The notes under the pieces were generated by a model. It made no database searches. It was not told the origin of the DNA and worked only from the letters and a program-made list of their open reading frames with translations. The position numbers were made by a program, and so were the translations under genes. DNA of 64,000 bases from an uncultured Gammaproteobacteria bacterium (GTDB taxonomy: Bacteria > Patescibacteriota > Microgenomatia > CAZETR01 > Amesbacteraceae): NCBI GenBank assembly GCA_964356225.1, contig CAYHGA010000001.1:104220-168219 (forward strand), given 5' to 3'. Position 1 is the first letter of the stretch. Each line of letters starts with the position of its first letter. Positions 55,866 to 64,000 of the stretch are shown here, one piece after another.

Positions 55866-57620
55866 GTGAAGAAGTTCATAGTTATTAGTTCATGGTTCAT
55901 GGTAATTTTGGTGGCGGCGACGGAGGTAAAAGCGGACGAGTGTGATAATCCGGGGAGTTTGACGGATTCAGTGCAAATTTCTCAATGTATAGGGAAATTT
56001 AGCGGGATTGCGGATGCAATTTCCAGAGCTAATTCAACAAATCAGAGTGAATTAAATTCGCTCAATGCGCAAATCGCAAAGCTCAAAGCGCAAATAACCA
56101 ATATGAATCTGCAGATTCAGAAATTGCAGGCAGATGTGTTTGAGAGGCAGGTAAAGATTGGGGTGAGGGAGACACTATTGGCGGCGCGGGTAAAGCAGGA
56201 TTATTTGCGTAAACGGGACCAGACGGTGCTGATGACGTTGTTTGCAGCGGATACTGCCCAAGAACTGTTTGCCGATCTGGCTTATAGAGAAAAGTTGGCT
56301 AGGGACGATCGGGAGGTCATTTCGTCTGTTTTGGCCGAAATTACAACGCTCAATGCTCAAAGCTCAATGCTCAATAGCCAAAAGAGTAATTTAGATGCGT
56401 TAAAGAAACGGGTGGATGATCAAGCCACGTGGCTGGCGGGGGAGGTGGCCAAGGCAAACGCTTATGTATCTGATTTATCGGGGAAAATTGCCTCGCTGAC
56501 GGCGCGACAAAACGAATTATTGGCAGCCAAGACGGGAACATATCAAACATCTGTGGGAGATGTGCCTTTGGCTGACGATGCCAACGCCCGACCCACTTTT
56601 GATCCTGGGTTTAGGCCTGCTTTTGCTGCTTTTTCCTTTGGGGTGCCCCATTTTAAAGGTATGAGCCAGTATGGGGCGTTTGGGAGAGCTAAAAACGGCC
56701 AGAGTGCGGAGACTATTTTGCACGCTTATTACGGAGATGTGGAGATTAAGAAAGATTATGACGCAGGTAGGCTGATAAGCGTTGCCGGCTATGGGCGGAT
56801 GGATATTGAAACGTATGTAAAAAGAATTTACGAAATGCCCAGTTCCTGGGGAGATGAGGGAGGAATTGAGGCTTTGAAAGCACAATCCGTAGCGGCGAGA
56901 TCGTACGCTCTAGCGTGGACCAGGGAGGGAACGGGAGGAGCAATTTGTACAACCGAAGCTTGTCAGGTTTATAAAAATGCCAACAAGGGAGGAAAATGGG
57001 AGGAAGCGGTTAACGCAACCAGGGGATGGGTACTGATGAAAGGCGGAAAGATAATTAGTGCCTGGTATGCTTCAACTTCGGGAGGGTATCAGGAATCTTA
57101 TAACGCATTGGCATATTTGCAAGACGGAAGCAGCTATAGTACGCCGGGTTTTTGGGATACTACTTCCGACTGGACCAGGTGGGCGGATGGGGCGTGGGAG
57201 GTTAAAGGAGGCAGCCCCTGGTTTTATAAAGGCTGGTATAAAGGTCGATCGGGAACCGCCTGTGGAAGAAGTCATCCTTGGTTGTCTGAAAACGAGTTTG
57301 CAGATATTGTGAATGCGGCGTTGGTATATAGCAATGGTGGGGATGCCAGTGGAATTTTTCCTACCGATGGATGTTTGGGCCAAACGGGATGGGATAAAGC
57401 CAGAATGGCTGTGGAGGCCGATAAATATGGAGGTCGGGTGAGTAGTGTGAGTAGTGTGCGGGTGGACCACGGCAACAATGGGGTGACCAACAAAGTAATT
57501 CTGTCTACCAATAGAGGAAACGTAGAAATTTCGGGAACGAATTTTTACAAAGTATTTAATTTGCGGGCGCCGGGGGCAATTCATCTGACCAGTGGATTAT
57601 TTAATGTGGAGAAGAAGTGA
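55866..57620 (+). CDS. SpoIID/LytB domain protein with N-terminal coiled coil
   Basis: Signal anchor and a long coiled coil. The C-terminal AQSVAARSYALAWTREGTGGAICTTEACQVYK matches the SpoIID motifs (AQAVAARTYAl ... CdTthCQvY). Confidence 0.6.
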   Translation: MKKFIVISSWFMVILVAATEVKADECDNPGSLTDSVQISQCIGKFSGIADAISRANSTNQSELNSLNAQIAKLKAQITNMNLQIQKLQADVFERQVKIGVRETLLAARVKQDYLRKRDQTVLMTLFAADTAQELFADLAYREKLARDDREVISSVLAEITTLNAQSSMLNSQKSNLDALKKRVDDQATWLAGEVAKANAYVSDLSGKIASLTARQNELLAAKTGTYQTSVGDVPLADDANARPTFDPGFRPAFAAFSFGVPHFKGMSQYGAFGRAKNGQSAETILHAYYGDVEIKKDYDAGRLISVAGYGRMDIETYVKRIYEMPSSWGDEGGIEALKAQSVAARSYALAWTREGTGGAICTTEACQVYKNANKGGKWEEAVNATRGWVLMKGGKIISAWYASTSGGYQESYNALAYLQDGSSYSTPGFWDTTSDWTRWADGAWEVKGGSPWFYKGWYKGRSGTACGRSHPWLSENEFADIVNAALVYSNGGDASGIFPTDGCLGQTGWDKARMAVEADKYGGRVSSVSSVRVDHGNNGVTNKVILSTNRGNVEISGTNFYKVFNLRAPGAIHLTSGLFNVEKK

Positions 57621-57632
57621 TACAATTTAGCT

Positions 57633-58289
57633 ATGGTGGAGGTGTATAAAGCAGGAGGGCAGGGCGAGAAGATGGGAGTAAGGGCTTGGTGGAAGGAGTT
57701 GGTGGACGAGGTGCTGGCCAAAGTGGGAGAAGAGCCCAGGAGGGCGCTGTTGGGGGCGTTTTGCGTACGGCCGGATCAGAGATTTATGACTCAGCAGGAG
57801 GATGAGGAGATTGTGTTGCTACTGCGAGCGCATCCGATTACTAATATAGGATGGGTGCTGATCGTGATTTTGACATTGATACTACCGGGGGTTATTTTGG
57901 GAACAGGAGTGTTTGCGGCGGTACCGGGAAAATTCGTATTAGTGGGTAAACTGGTGTGGTACCTGGTGACATTAATGTACGCCATGGAGCGATTTTTATT
58001 TTGGTATTACTCGATATTTATTGTGACTAACGAGCGGTTGGTGGATATAGATTTTTATAATCTTATGCATCGGGTGGTGACATATGCAAATTTAAACCAT
58101 ATCGAAGAGCCGGCTTCGGTCGTGGGGGGCTTTATCCGTTCGTTGTTTCAATATGGCAATGTTTGGGTAACCACTGCTTCGGAAAAACCCACGGTCGAAG
58201 CATTAAGAGTACCTTATCCGGATAAAGTGGTAGATATCATTAGCAGGCTCTCGGAAGAGCTGGAGAAGCGAAGGGAGAGGGGTGAATAG
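57633..58289 (+). CDS. membrane protein with bacterial PH (YdbS/T-like) domain
   Basis: A two-TM hairpin is followed by FIVTNERLVDIDF, which is characteristic of the bPH_2 family. Confidence 0.35.
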   Translation: MVEVYKAGGQGEKMGVRAWWKELVDEVLAKVGEEPRRALLGAFCVRPDQRFMTQQEDEEIVLLLRAHPITNIGWVLIVILTLILPGVILGTGVFAAVPGKFVLVGKLVWYLVTLMYAMERFLFWYYSIFIVTNERLVDIDFYNLMHRVVTYANLNHIEEPASVVGGFIRSLFQYGNVWVTTASEKPTVEALRVPYPDKVVDIISRLSEELEKRRERGE

Positions 58290-58521
58290 TTCAGAGTTCA
58301 TAGTTAATAGTTTGGAGAAAATTACCCTGTTTGGGATGGTGAAGTGGATGTTTGTGGCGGGATTGGTGATGTATGTAGCTTTCTCGGTAATAATTGTAAG
58401 GCAGGTGGGAGTGATGACGGAGGCGATAGAGGATGATATAAACGGGATAATTTCGTTGTTTGCCTGGGTGCATCTGCTCTTGGCTATCGCATTGGTAGTT
58501 TTGGCCATTGCGGTGCTGTAA
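58282..58521 (+). CDS. small membrane protein
   Basis: 79 aa, two hydrophobic helices. Coupled to the flanking genes. Confidence 0.25.
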   Translation: MNSSEFIVNSLEKITLFGMVKWMFVAGLVMYVAFSVIIVRQVGVMTEAIEDDINGIISLFAWVHLLLAIALVVLAIAVL

Positions 58522-58526
58522 CCTAA

Positions 58527-60368
58527 ATGGAAGTATTTATTGGCAAAATAGTGGGAAGGATTAGCCAGAAACGGTGGGCGCAGGTGTACGATTTTGCGCA
58601 CGAAACCCGGGGAAGATTAATAGTGGCGGCCAGTTTGGCGGAAAGAGAAGGAAAAACGGAGATGGAAATGGTGGAAATGGGCCGGGAATTGCTGGCCCGG
58701 ATACACGAAATATACTTTGGCAGCTTGGAAGAAGAGGCGATGAAAAATCTGAAATTGGCAATGGAGACGGTAGAGACCGAGTTTGAGGGGGCAGAAATGG
58801 CGGCGTTGGCGGTGGCGGGCGAGGCGTTATATGTGATGGTGAATGCGGGCGGGGCGTGGGCGAAGGTGGGGGGAAAAGAAGGATGGGTGATGAACCCGAA
58901 TGACAAATCACAAATGACAAATGACAAAACAAAAGTGTTGAGCAGCTGGGCGAAAGACCAGGAGACGATAGTTTTTGGGAACGGCCGGTTTTGGGAAGAG
59001 TTGCCGCTGGGTACAGTAAGAGCGGCGGTGGAAAATGGGGATATGGAGGCGGCGGTAGAAACATTGGGGGCGGTGGTGCATGGGGGAGAAAAAGGAGAAG
59101 GAGCGGCGGGAGTAATTGTAAAAATATCCAAGGTTCAAAGTTCAATGCCCAATAAAGCTCCAGAACCGGAACTGCCCAAAAAAATAAAAAGACCCTTTAA
59201 ATTGCCGGAGATTAAGCTGCCGAAGATAAAGTGGCCCAGTTTGCCAAACCGGGGGCCGGTGTATGTGGTGAGGGGGAATAAAGAATTGAACCGGAAGAGG
59301 ACAATGTGGGCGGGGATAGGGTTTTTGGTGGTGCTGGTACTTTTGGTTAGCGGTTGGATGTGGAGTGAGCGGAACAAGGCTATTAAGCAGAGTGTCCAGA
59401 ACAAGCAGATTGAGACTATCCAGGAAAAATTTAATGAGGCCAAAGCAGTAGTGACGCTGAATCCAGCCAGAAGTAGGGAATTGTTGAAAGAAGTAGAGCC
59501 GGAAGTGCAAAAATTTAAAGGGACAAAAAAAATTGACCAGAGAATGACAGCAATATTAGGAGAATGGGATGGAGTATGGAATCAGGCGATGGGAACTAAG
59601 CCGGTGAATCCGGAGTTGATAATAGACTTAGGGCTTGTGAGGGAAGGGATGACAGGAGAAAAGCTAGAGATGAGAGATGGGAAACTAGAGGTGCTGGACA
59701 CTCAAGGTGGGAGGCTAGTGGAAGTTGATGCGGAGAAGAAAAGCGCTGAAGTGGTAGCGGGGAAAGGAGATTTGGGTGAAGTCAGGCTAATGGCTACATA
59801 TCCGGGGAAAACCACGATCCTTTCGGAGAAAGGGATAATCGAATGTCAAATGTCAAATGTCAAATGTCAAATCGTTGTAAAAGCGGATGATGAGTGGGGA
59901 GAGATTGTGGATATGGGGATGTGGGGGGGAAATATTTATCTGCTGTCTAAAACGGGGATATGGAAGCTCCAGGGAGGAGAGAGCGGATATGGAACCAAAC
60001 AAGCGTGGTTAGCTAAGGCGGAAGACACAACCAGTCTAAGTCTAAGTCAAAGTATGGCGATTGATGGAAGTGTTTGGGTGACAGCCGGAGGAAAAATACT
60101 GAAATATACAAGAGGGGTGAAAGAGAATTTTGAAATAAGCGGGGTGGAGGGGATGAGCGGAGACGTGATATATACGGATGATGAGACGGAAAAATTATAT
60201 GTGTTGGATGCGGCAAATGGGCGGGTGGTGGTATTGGCTAAAACAGGAGAGTATGAGAGTCAATATATGAGTGAAGAAATGAAGAAAGCGACAGGGCTGG
60301 TGGTGGACGGGAAGGCGGGAAAGATATATTTATTGGCGGGGAGCAAGGTTTATGAAATTAATAAATGA
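58527..60368 (+). CDS. hypothetical membrane-anchored protein with C-terminal beta-rich domain
   Basis: 613 aa with a single TM (GIGFLVVLVLLVSGWMW) mid-protein. Tandem heptamer repeats (AATGACA, GTCAAAT, AGTCTA) lie in frame. Confidence 0.35.
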   Translation: MEVFIGKIVGRISQKRWAQVYDFAHETRGRLIVAASLAEREGKTEMEMVEMGRELLARIHEIYFGSLEEEAMKNLKLAMETVETEFEGAEMAALAVAGEALYVMVNAGGAWAKVGGKEGWVMNPNDKSQMTNDKTKVLSSWAKDQETIVFGNGRFWEELPLGTVRAAVENGDMEAAVETLGAVVHGGEKGEGAAGVIVKISKVQSSMPNKAPEPELPKKIKRPFKLPEIKLPKIKWPSLPNRGPVYVVRGNKELNRKRTMWAGIGFLVVLVLLVSGWMWSERNKAIKQSVQNKQIETIQEKFNEAKAVVTLNPARSRELLKEVEPEVQKFKGTKKIDQRMTAILGEWDGVWNQAMGTKPVNPELIIDLGLVREGMTGEKLEMRDGKLEVLDTQGGRLVEVDAEKKSAEVVAGKGDLGEVRLMATYPGKTTILSEKGIIECQMSNVKCQIVVKADDEWGEIVDMGMWGGNIYLLSKTGIWKLQGGESGYGTKQAWLAKAEDTTSLSLSQSMAIDGSVWVTAGGKILKYTRGVKENFEISGVEGMSGDVIYTDDETEKLYVLDAANGRVVVLAKTGEYESQYMSEEMKKATGLVVDGKAGKIYLLAGSKVYEINK

Positions 60369-60795
60369 CAAAGCGAAGTTTAATTATGAATTGGGGGAAA
60401 GGGTTGAGACGGGGATAGTGCTGACAGGGCCGGAAGTAAAGTCGGTGAAATTGGGGCAAATAGATATGTCGAGCGCGCACGTTCGAATTCAAAATTCAAA
60501 ATTCAAAAGTCAAAATGAAGTTGCGGTAGTTGGTTTGCATATTTATCCTTATAAACACGCGGACAATACTAATTACGATCCGCAAAGGAGCAGAAAATTA
60601 TTGCTGCATCAGAGAGAGATTTTGAGGCTTTTAAGTAAAATGAGACAGGGCCGGTTGATGCTGGTGCCGACGGCGATGTATACCAAAGAAGGCAAAATAA
60701 AGCTGGAAATAGCTTTAGCGAGAGGGAAGAAGAAATATGAGAAAAGAGAAGTGATTAAGAAAAGAGATATAGAGCGGGAAAGCAGGAGAGTATAA
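60352..60795 (+). CDS. smpB: SsrA-binding protein SmpB
   Basis: NDKAKFNYELGERVETGIVLTGPEVKS and IYPYKH...KLLLHQREI are canonical SmpB motifs. Confidence 0.85.
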   Translation: MKLINDKAKFNYELGERVETGIVLTGPEVKSVKLGQIDMSSAHVRIQNSKFKSQNEVAVVGLHIYPYKHADNTNYDPQRSRKLLLHQREILRLLSKMRQGRLMLVPTAMYTKEGKIKLEIALARGKKKYEKREVIKKRDIERESRRV

Positions 60796-60799
60796 ATTG

Positions 60800-61134
60800 T
60801 GGAGGTGGCGGGAATTGAACCCGCGTCCGAAAAAGTTCTTCTAAAGCATCTACAAGCATAGTCTCGGAAAAGCGCCGGACCGCTTGGATTAGTTGATCTT
60901 TCTCCGATGTTGGTTAATCCTAACCTATCGGAGGCATCTCGATTTAATTACACCCTAGCCGGATTCTCGAGATAAATCCGGAAAGAATGCTCACTTTAGC
61001 TTAAGCAAAAGCGTACGCGAAGCGAGAAGTGTCGTATTGATTGACACTTAAGTTTCGAACCTGTTTTACGAGCCTGGTTCAAGCTCGGCTTGCAGCTTTT
61101 CAAAGTACATTTCCCGTCGAATCCTGTCACCCCC
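60800..61134 (-). ncRNA. ssrA: tmRNA (ssrA)
   Basis: The minus-strand 5' end GGGGGUGACAGGAUUCGACGGGAAA matches the tmRNA 5' consensus. The 3' end is a T-arm plus acceptor (CGCGGGTTCAATTCCCGCCACCTCCA). A G3·U70 wobble is kept in the acceptor. The internal ORF ...NQYDTSRFAYAFA* is a plausible tag peptide. Confidence 0.75.
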
Positions 61135-61176
61135 AACTGCCCTGTAGTATAGCATATTTTGGGGTATATTTAAAGA

Positions 61177-61848
61177 ATGTGGCTGTTAGATTTTTTGTGG
61201 CCCAAAAAATGTGTGAATTGTGGGAGATTTGGGAGCTACGTATGTGATTCTTGTAAGGTTGGATTGTGGGAAGAGGAGCAGATTTGCCCGATTTGCACGA
61301 GAAATTCCAGATACGGTTTGCCGCATAAATATTGCCATAAATCCTGGGGATTAGACGGGCTGGTATGTTTGTGGAGCTATGACGGAATAGCGAAGAAAAT
61401 AATTAAGAAAGCCAAGTACAAGTATTTTTATGATGTGCTGGGAGAACTAATAAATTTGCCGGAAGGTGAGGAGTATTTTTACTTTAGGAAGTTCTTGGAA
61501 AATAAGCCGGGGGTGGTGCCGGTGCCGTTGCATGAGAAGAGATATAGGGAGAGGGGGTTTAATCAGGCTGATGTAATCGGCCAGGCATTCGCTACGCGTC
61601 ATAAATTGGCATGCAATAGCCATTTGTTGTTAAGGACTAGAGATACTGGACATCAGGCTGGACGCGAACGCCCCGAAAGGTTGATGGCAGTTAAAGATGC
61701 TTTTCAACTAAAGACTAAAGATCAGTTGCCAAGGACTATTTTATTGGTGGACGACGTGTGGACGACGGGGGCCACCATGTGCGAATGCTGCCGGGTCCTT
61801 AAAATGGCCGGGGTAAAAAATGTGTGGGGGCTAGTTCTAGCCAGATAA
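61177..61848 (+). CDS. comF: ComF family protein (phosphoribosyltransferase domain)
   Basis: N-terminal CxxC...CxxC zinc finger (CVNCGR...CDSC, CPIC). C-terminal PRTase motif LLVDDVWTTGAT. Confidence 0.75.
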   Translation: MWLLDFLWPKKCVNCGRFGSYVCDSCKVGLWEEEQICPICTRNSRYGLPHKYCHKSWGLDGLVCLWSYDGIAKKIIKKAKYKYFYDVLGELINLPEGEEYFYFRKFLENKPGVVPVPLHEKRYRERGFNQADVIGQAFATRHKLACNSHLLLRTRDTGHQAGRERPERLMAVKDAFQLKTKDQLPRTILLVDDVWTTGATMCECCRVLKMAGVKNVWGLVLAR

Positions 61849-61911
61849 AATTTTTAATTTTCAATTTTAAATTTTTAATCAATATCAAATGTTATAGAAT
61901 TTAAATTTCAA

Positions 61912-62877
61912 ATGAATCTTTGGCAAAAACTTGCTAAATCTAAAAAACCATTTTTGGCGTTGGCGCCGATGGAGGAGGTAACGGATACGGTGTTTCGGCA
62001 AATAATCAGCAAGATCAGCAAACCAAATGTGATGTTTACGGAGTTTGCGAATGTAGAAGGACTAATGTCAGTGGGAAGAGATGAAGTGATTAAGAGATTA
62101 AGATATGAAGAAATAGAGCGGCCGATGGTGGCCCAGATTTGGGGGAAAGATCCCAAGAACTTTTGCGAAGCGACTAAGTTGATTAAGAGATTAAGATTTG
62201 ATGGGGTAGACATCAACATGGGGTGTCCGGAGAAGGATGTGGTCAAAAATGGTTGTTGTATAGCCCTTATAAATAATCGGAGCTTGGCAAAGGAGATAAT
62301 TGATGCTGTAAAAAGAGGAGTGGGAAAATTACCAGTGAGTGTAAAAACGAGAATTGGGTTGGATAAAATAGTAACGGAAGACTGGTGCGGATTTTTACTG
62401 GAGCAGAAAATAGATGCCTTGACGATGCATGGGCGGACGGCCAAGGAGAAATCGGATGTGCCGGCGCACTGGGAGGAAATTGCAAAAGTCGTTAGTCTAA
62501 GAGACAAGTCTAAGTCTAAGACGATAATAATTGGCAACGGAGATATACGCAGCGCTCAGGAAGCAGTGCTCAGTGCTCAGAAGTACGGAGTTGATGGAGT
62601 GATGATTGGGAGGGGAGTGTTTGAGAATATTGCCTGCTTCAGTGCTAAGGGCCAAGTGCTAAGTGCTCAGGAGAATATTAATTTACTGCGGGAGCATCTG
62701 GAGTTGTGGGGGAAAACATGGGGGGAGACTAAGAACTTTGCCATTATGAAAAAATTTGTGAAGGTGTATATCAAGGGATGGGAAGGAGCGGGAGAGCTGA
62801 GGGCCAGACTGTTTGAAACTAACTCTTTGGCAGAGATGGCAGAACTGGCGGAGGAGGTGGGATTCGAACCCACGTGA
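61912..62877 (+). CDS. dus: tRNA-dihydrouridine synthase
   Basis: LAPMEEVTDTVFRQI, INMGCPEKDVVKNGCC and TMHGRT are Dus family motifs. Several in-frame heptamer/octamer micro-repeats. The 3' end overlaps a minus-strand tRNA. Confidence 0.8.
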   Translation: MNLWQKLAKSKKPFLALAPMEEVTDTVFRQIISKISKPNVMFTEFANVEGLMSVGRDEVIKRLRYEEIERPMVAQIWGKDPKNFCEATKLIKRLRFDGVDINMGCPEKDVVKNGCCIALINNRSLAKEIIDAVKRGVGKLPVSVKTRIGLDKIVTEDWCGFLLEQKIDALTMHGRTAKEKSDVPAHWEEIAKVVSLRDKSKSKTIIIGNGDIRSAQEAVLSAQKYGVDGVMIGRGVFENIACFSAKGQVLSAQENINLLREHLELWGKTWGETKNFAIMKKFVKVYIKGWEGAGELRARLFETNSLAEMAELAEEVGFEPT

Positions 62878-62938
62878 GCCTTTTACGGCTCAGGAGTTTA
62901 GCAAACTCCCCGAATGGACCAGGCTATCGGACTCCTCC
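62846..62938 (-). tRNA. tRNA-Ser (anticodon GCU)
   Basis: Manual fold of the reverse complement. Acceptor GGAGGAG/CTCCTCC, anticodon stem GGAGT/ACTCC with loop TTGCTAA, long variable arm (GAGCC-GTAAAA-GGCTC), T-arm GTGGG-TTCGAAT-CCCAC, CCA encoded. Confidence 0.7.
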
Positions 62939-63300
62939 AGCTCCCCTATTTTACTTCCTTTTCCCTTTTTTCTCACGAATTGCGTCCGCCCAGTATACCA
63001 AGGCTATTACCAAAAGAATCACAGCCCCAAAAAGATAAAAACTATTCAACCCTACCATCACCCTCGCCCCCCTTCAGACATTCTAGAAAATCTCAGGCTC
63101 AACCATAAACTTGCCAAAGTCAAAATTCCACCCCTTGCTACACTATCTCCATTCAAAACCGACCCTCCAGCAAAAAATGGCACAACTACCGACCCCAGAA
63201 ACAAAACCGAAACATTCCCCATCCATTCAGACAGTCTTTCGTACATTCCACCAGTAAACATATTTTCAGTATAACACCAGAAGCGTATAATTAGCTTCAA

Positions 63301-63388
63301 GGAAGGGTCGCATAGCGGTCTAGTGCGTTGGTCTTGAAAACCAATGTGGGCTTCTTGCTCACCGTGGGTTCGAATCCCACCCCTTCCG
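63301..63388 (+). tRNA. tRNA-Ser (anticodon UGA)
   Basis: Acceptor GGAAGGG/CCCTTCC, anticodon stem TTGGT/ACCAA with loop CTTGAAA, long variable arm, T-arm GTGGG-TTCGAAT-CCCAC. Confidence 0.7.
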
Positions 63389-63409
63389 CAAAAATGGTAT
63401 ATTTGATGC

Positions 63410-63904
63410 ATGGAGCAAGTGCAACAGGAAAAGGAATTAGTGAAGTGGGTAGCCATGGAGCGGCCGTATAAACCACTGGACCGGCAGATGTTTGTGACAG
63501 GGGTAGTAGTGGCTATTCTGGTGGGGGTGATAATGCTTCTGGCGGGGGAATTTATGGCCATTCTGGTGCTGGCGGCGGTGATTTTTGCTTATTATGTGTG
63601 GTCTACGGTACTGCCTCAGCAAGTGGAACATAGGATCACTACCCGGGGAATTCGGACAAGCGGGCAACTGTATTCCTGGGGGGAGATGGCCAGGTGGTGG
63701 GTGGAGGAAAAATGGGGAAGTAAACTACTGGTAGTGGAGACCCCGGTTAGCTGGCCAAAACAATTACATCTGGTGCTGGGGGCGGAAGAGGCAGTTGTGA
63801 GAGGCGTGATGGAAAAATACTTGTTGATGGAAAAACCAACGGAGACGGGAATGGATAAAGTGGGAAGATGGATAGGGGAAAAGTTTCCTCTGCAGGCGAA
63901 GTAA
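63410..63904 (+). CDS. hypothetical membrane protein
   Basis: 164 aa with two TM helices near the N-terminus. Confidence 0.3.
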   Translation: MEQVQQEKELVKWVAMERPYKPLDRQMFVTGVVVAILVGVIMLLAGEFMAILVLAAVIFAYYVWSTVLPQQVEHRITTRGIRTSGQLYSWGEMARWWVEEKWGSKLLVVETPVSWPKQLHLVLGAEEAVVRGVMEKYLLMEKPTETGMDKVGRWIGEKFPLQAK

Positions 63905-63922
63905 GGTAAAATTGGCCTTGTT

Positions 63923-63994
63923 GCTCCCGTAGCTCAATGGATAGAGTAGGACTTTGCGGAAGTTCAGATGACCGTCCGATTCGGTCCGGGAGCA
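63923..63994 (+). tRNA. tRNA (manual fold gives anticodon GCG, Arg)
   Basis: Acceptor GCTCCCG/CGGGAGC, D-arm GCTC-AATGGATA-GAGT, anticodon stem GGACT/AGTTC with loop TTGCGGA. The T-arm GACCG-TCCGATT-CGGTC has an atypical T-loop. Discriminator A. Confidence 0.4.
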
Positions 63995-64000
63995 CAGATT

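Noticed and set aside
63058-63561. 167-aa minus-strand ORF
   Set aside because: It runs through the tRNA-Ser(UGA) gene and the C-rich spacer.

Its low-complexity His/Pro/Arg-rich translation looks spurious.

Overview
This window reads as a chromosomal segment of a small-genome, CPR/Patescibacteria-like bacterium. That placement is my inference from reduced proteins, a truncated ValRS, many small membrane proteins and four-helix-bundle proteins.

The replication-origin neighbourhood is present: rpmH on the minus strand, then dnaA and dnaN on the plus strand, with DnaA boxes in both intergenic spacers. A conserved housekeeping backbone accounts for most of the rest: metG, tatD, groES/groEL, tsaE/tsaD, valS, rplY, rnpA-yidD-yidC-jag, smpB plus tmRNA, comF, dus, and three or four tRNAs.

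A cell-envelope glycosylation cluster sits at 5.9-11.1 kb. It contains a GT2 enzyme, a PMT/ArnT-like GT-C enzyme, a WecA/MraY-family transferase and a UbiA-family DPPR-synthase-like enzyme.

Three toxin-antitoxin-like cassettes are present:
- a RelE-like pair
- a HepT/MntA pair
- an AbiEi/AbiEii-like pair
The RelE-like and HepT/MntA cassettes are each flanked by short direct repeats.

The largest accessory feature is a type IV secretion/conjugation-like envelope-spanning gene cluster of about 19 kb at roughly 35.3-54.6 kb. Its components are:
- a VirB4 ATPase
- a TrbL/VirB6-like polytopic protein
- an SLT-domain protein
- a giant M23-domain membrane protein
- a secreted GH5 hydrolase
- an 827-aa protein of unknown function
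- a tandem array of eight paralogous two-TM pilin-like proteins
Several of the secreted components carry Cys-rich N-terminal modules.

The sequence is also littered with short tandem heptanucleotide 'word' repeats lying in frame inside unrelated CDSs. A dispersed element of about 50 bp is shared by two unrelated genes.

No rRNA, CRISPR array or transposase is visible.
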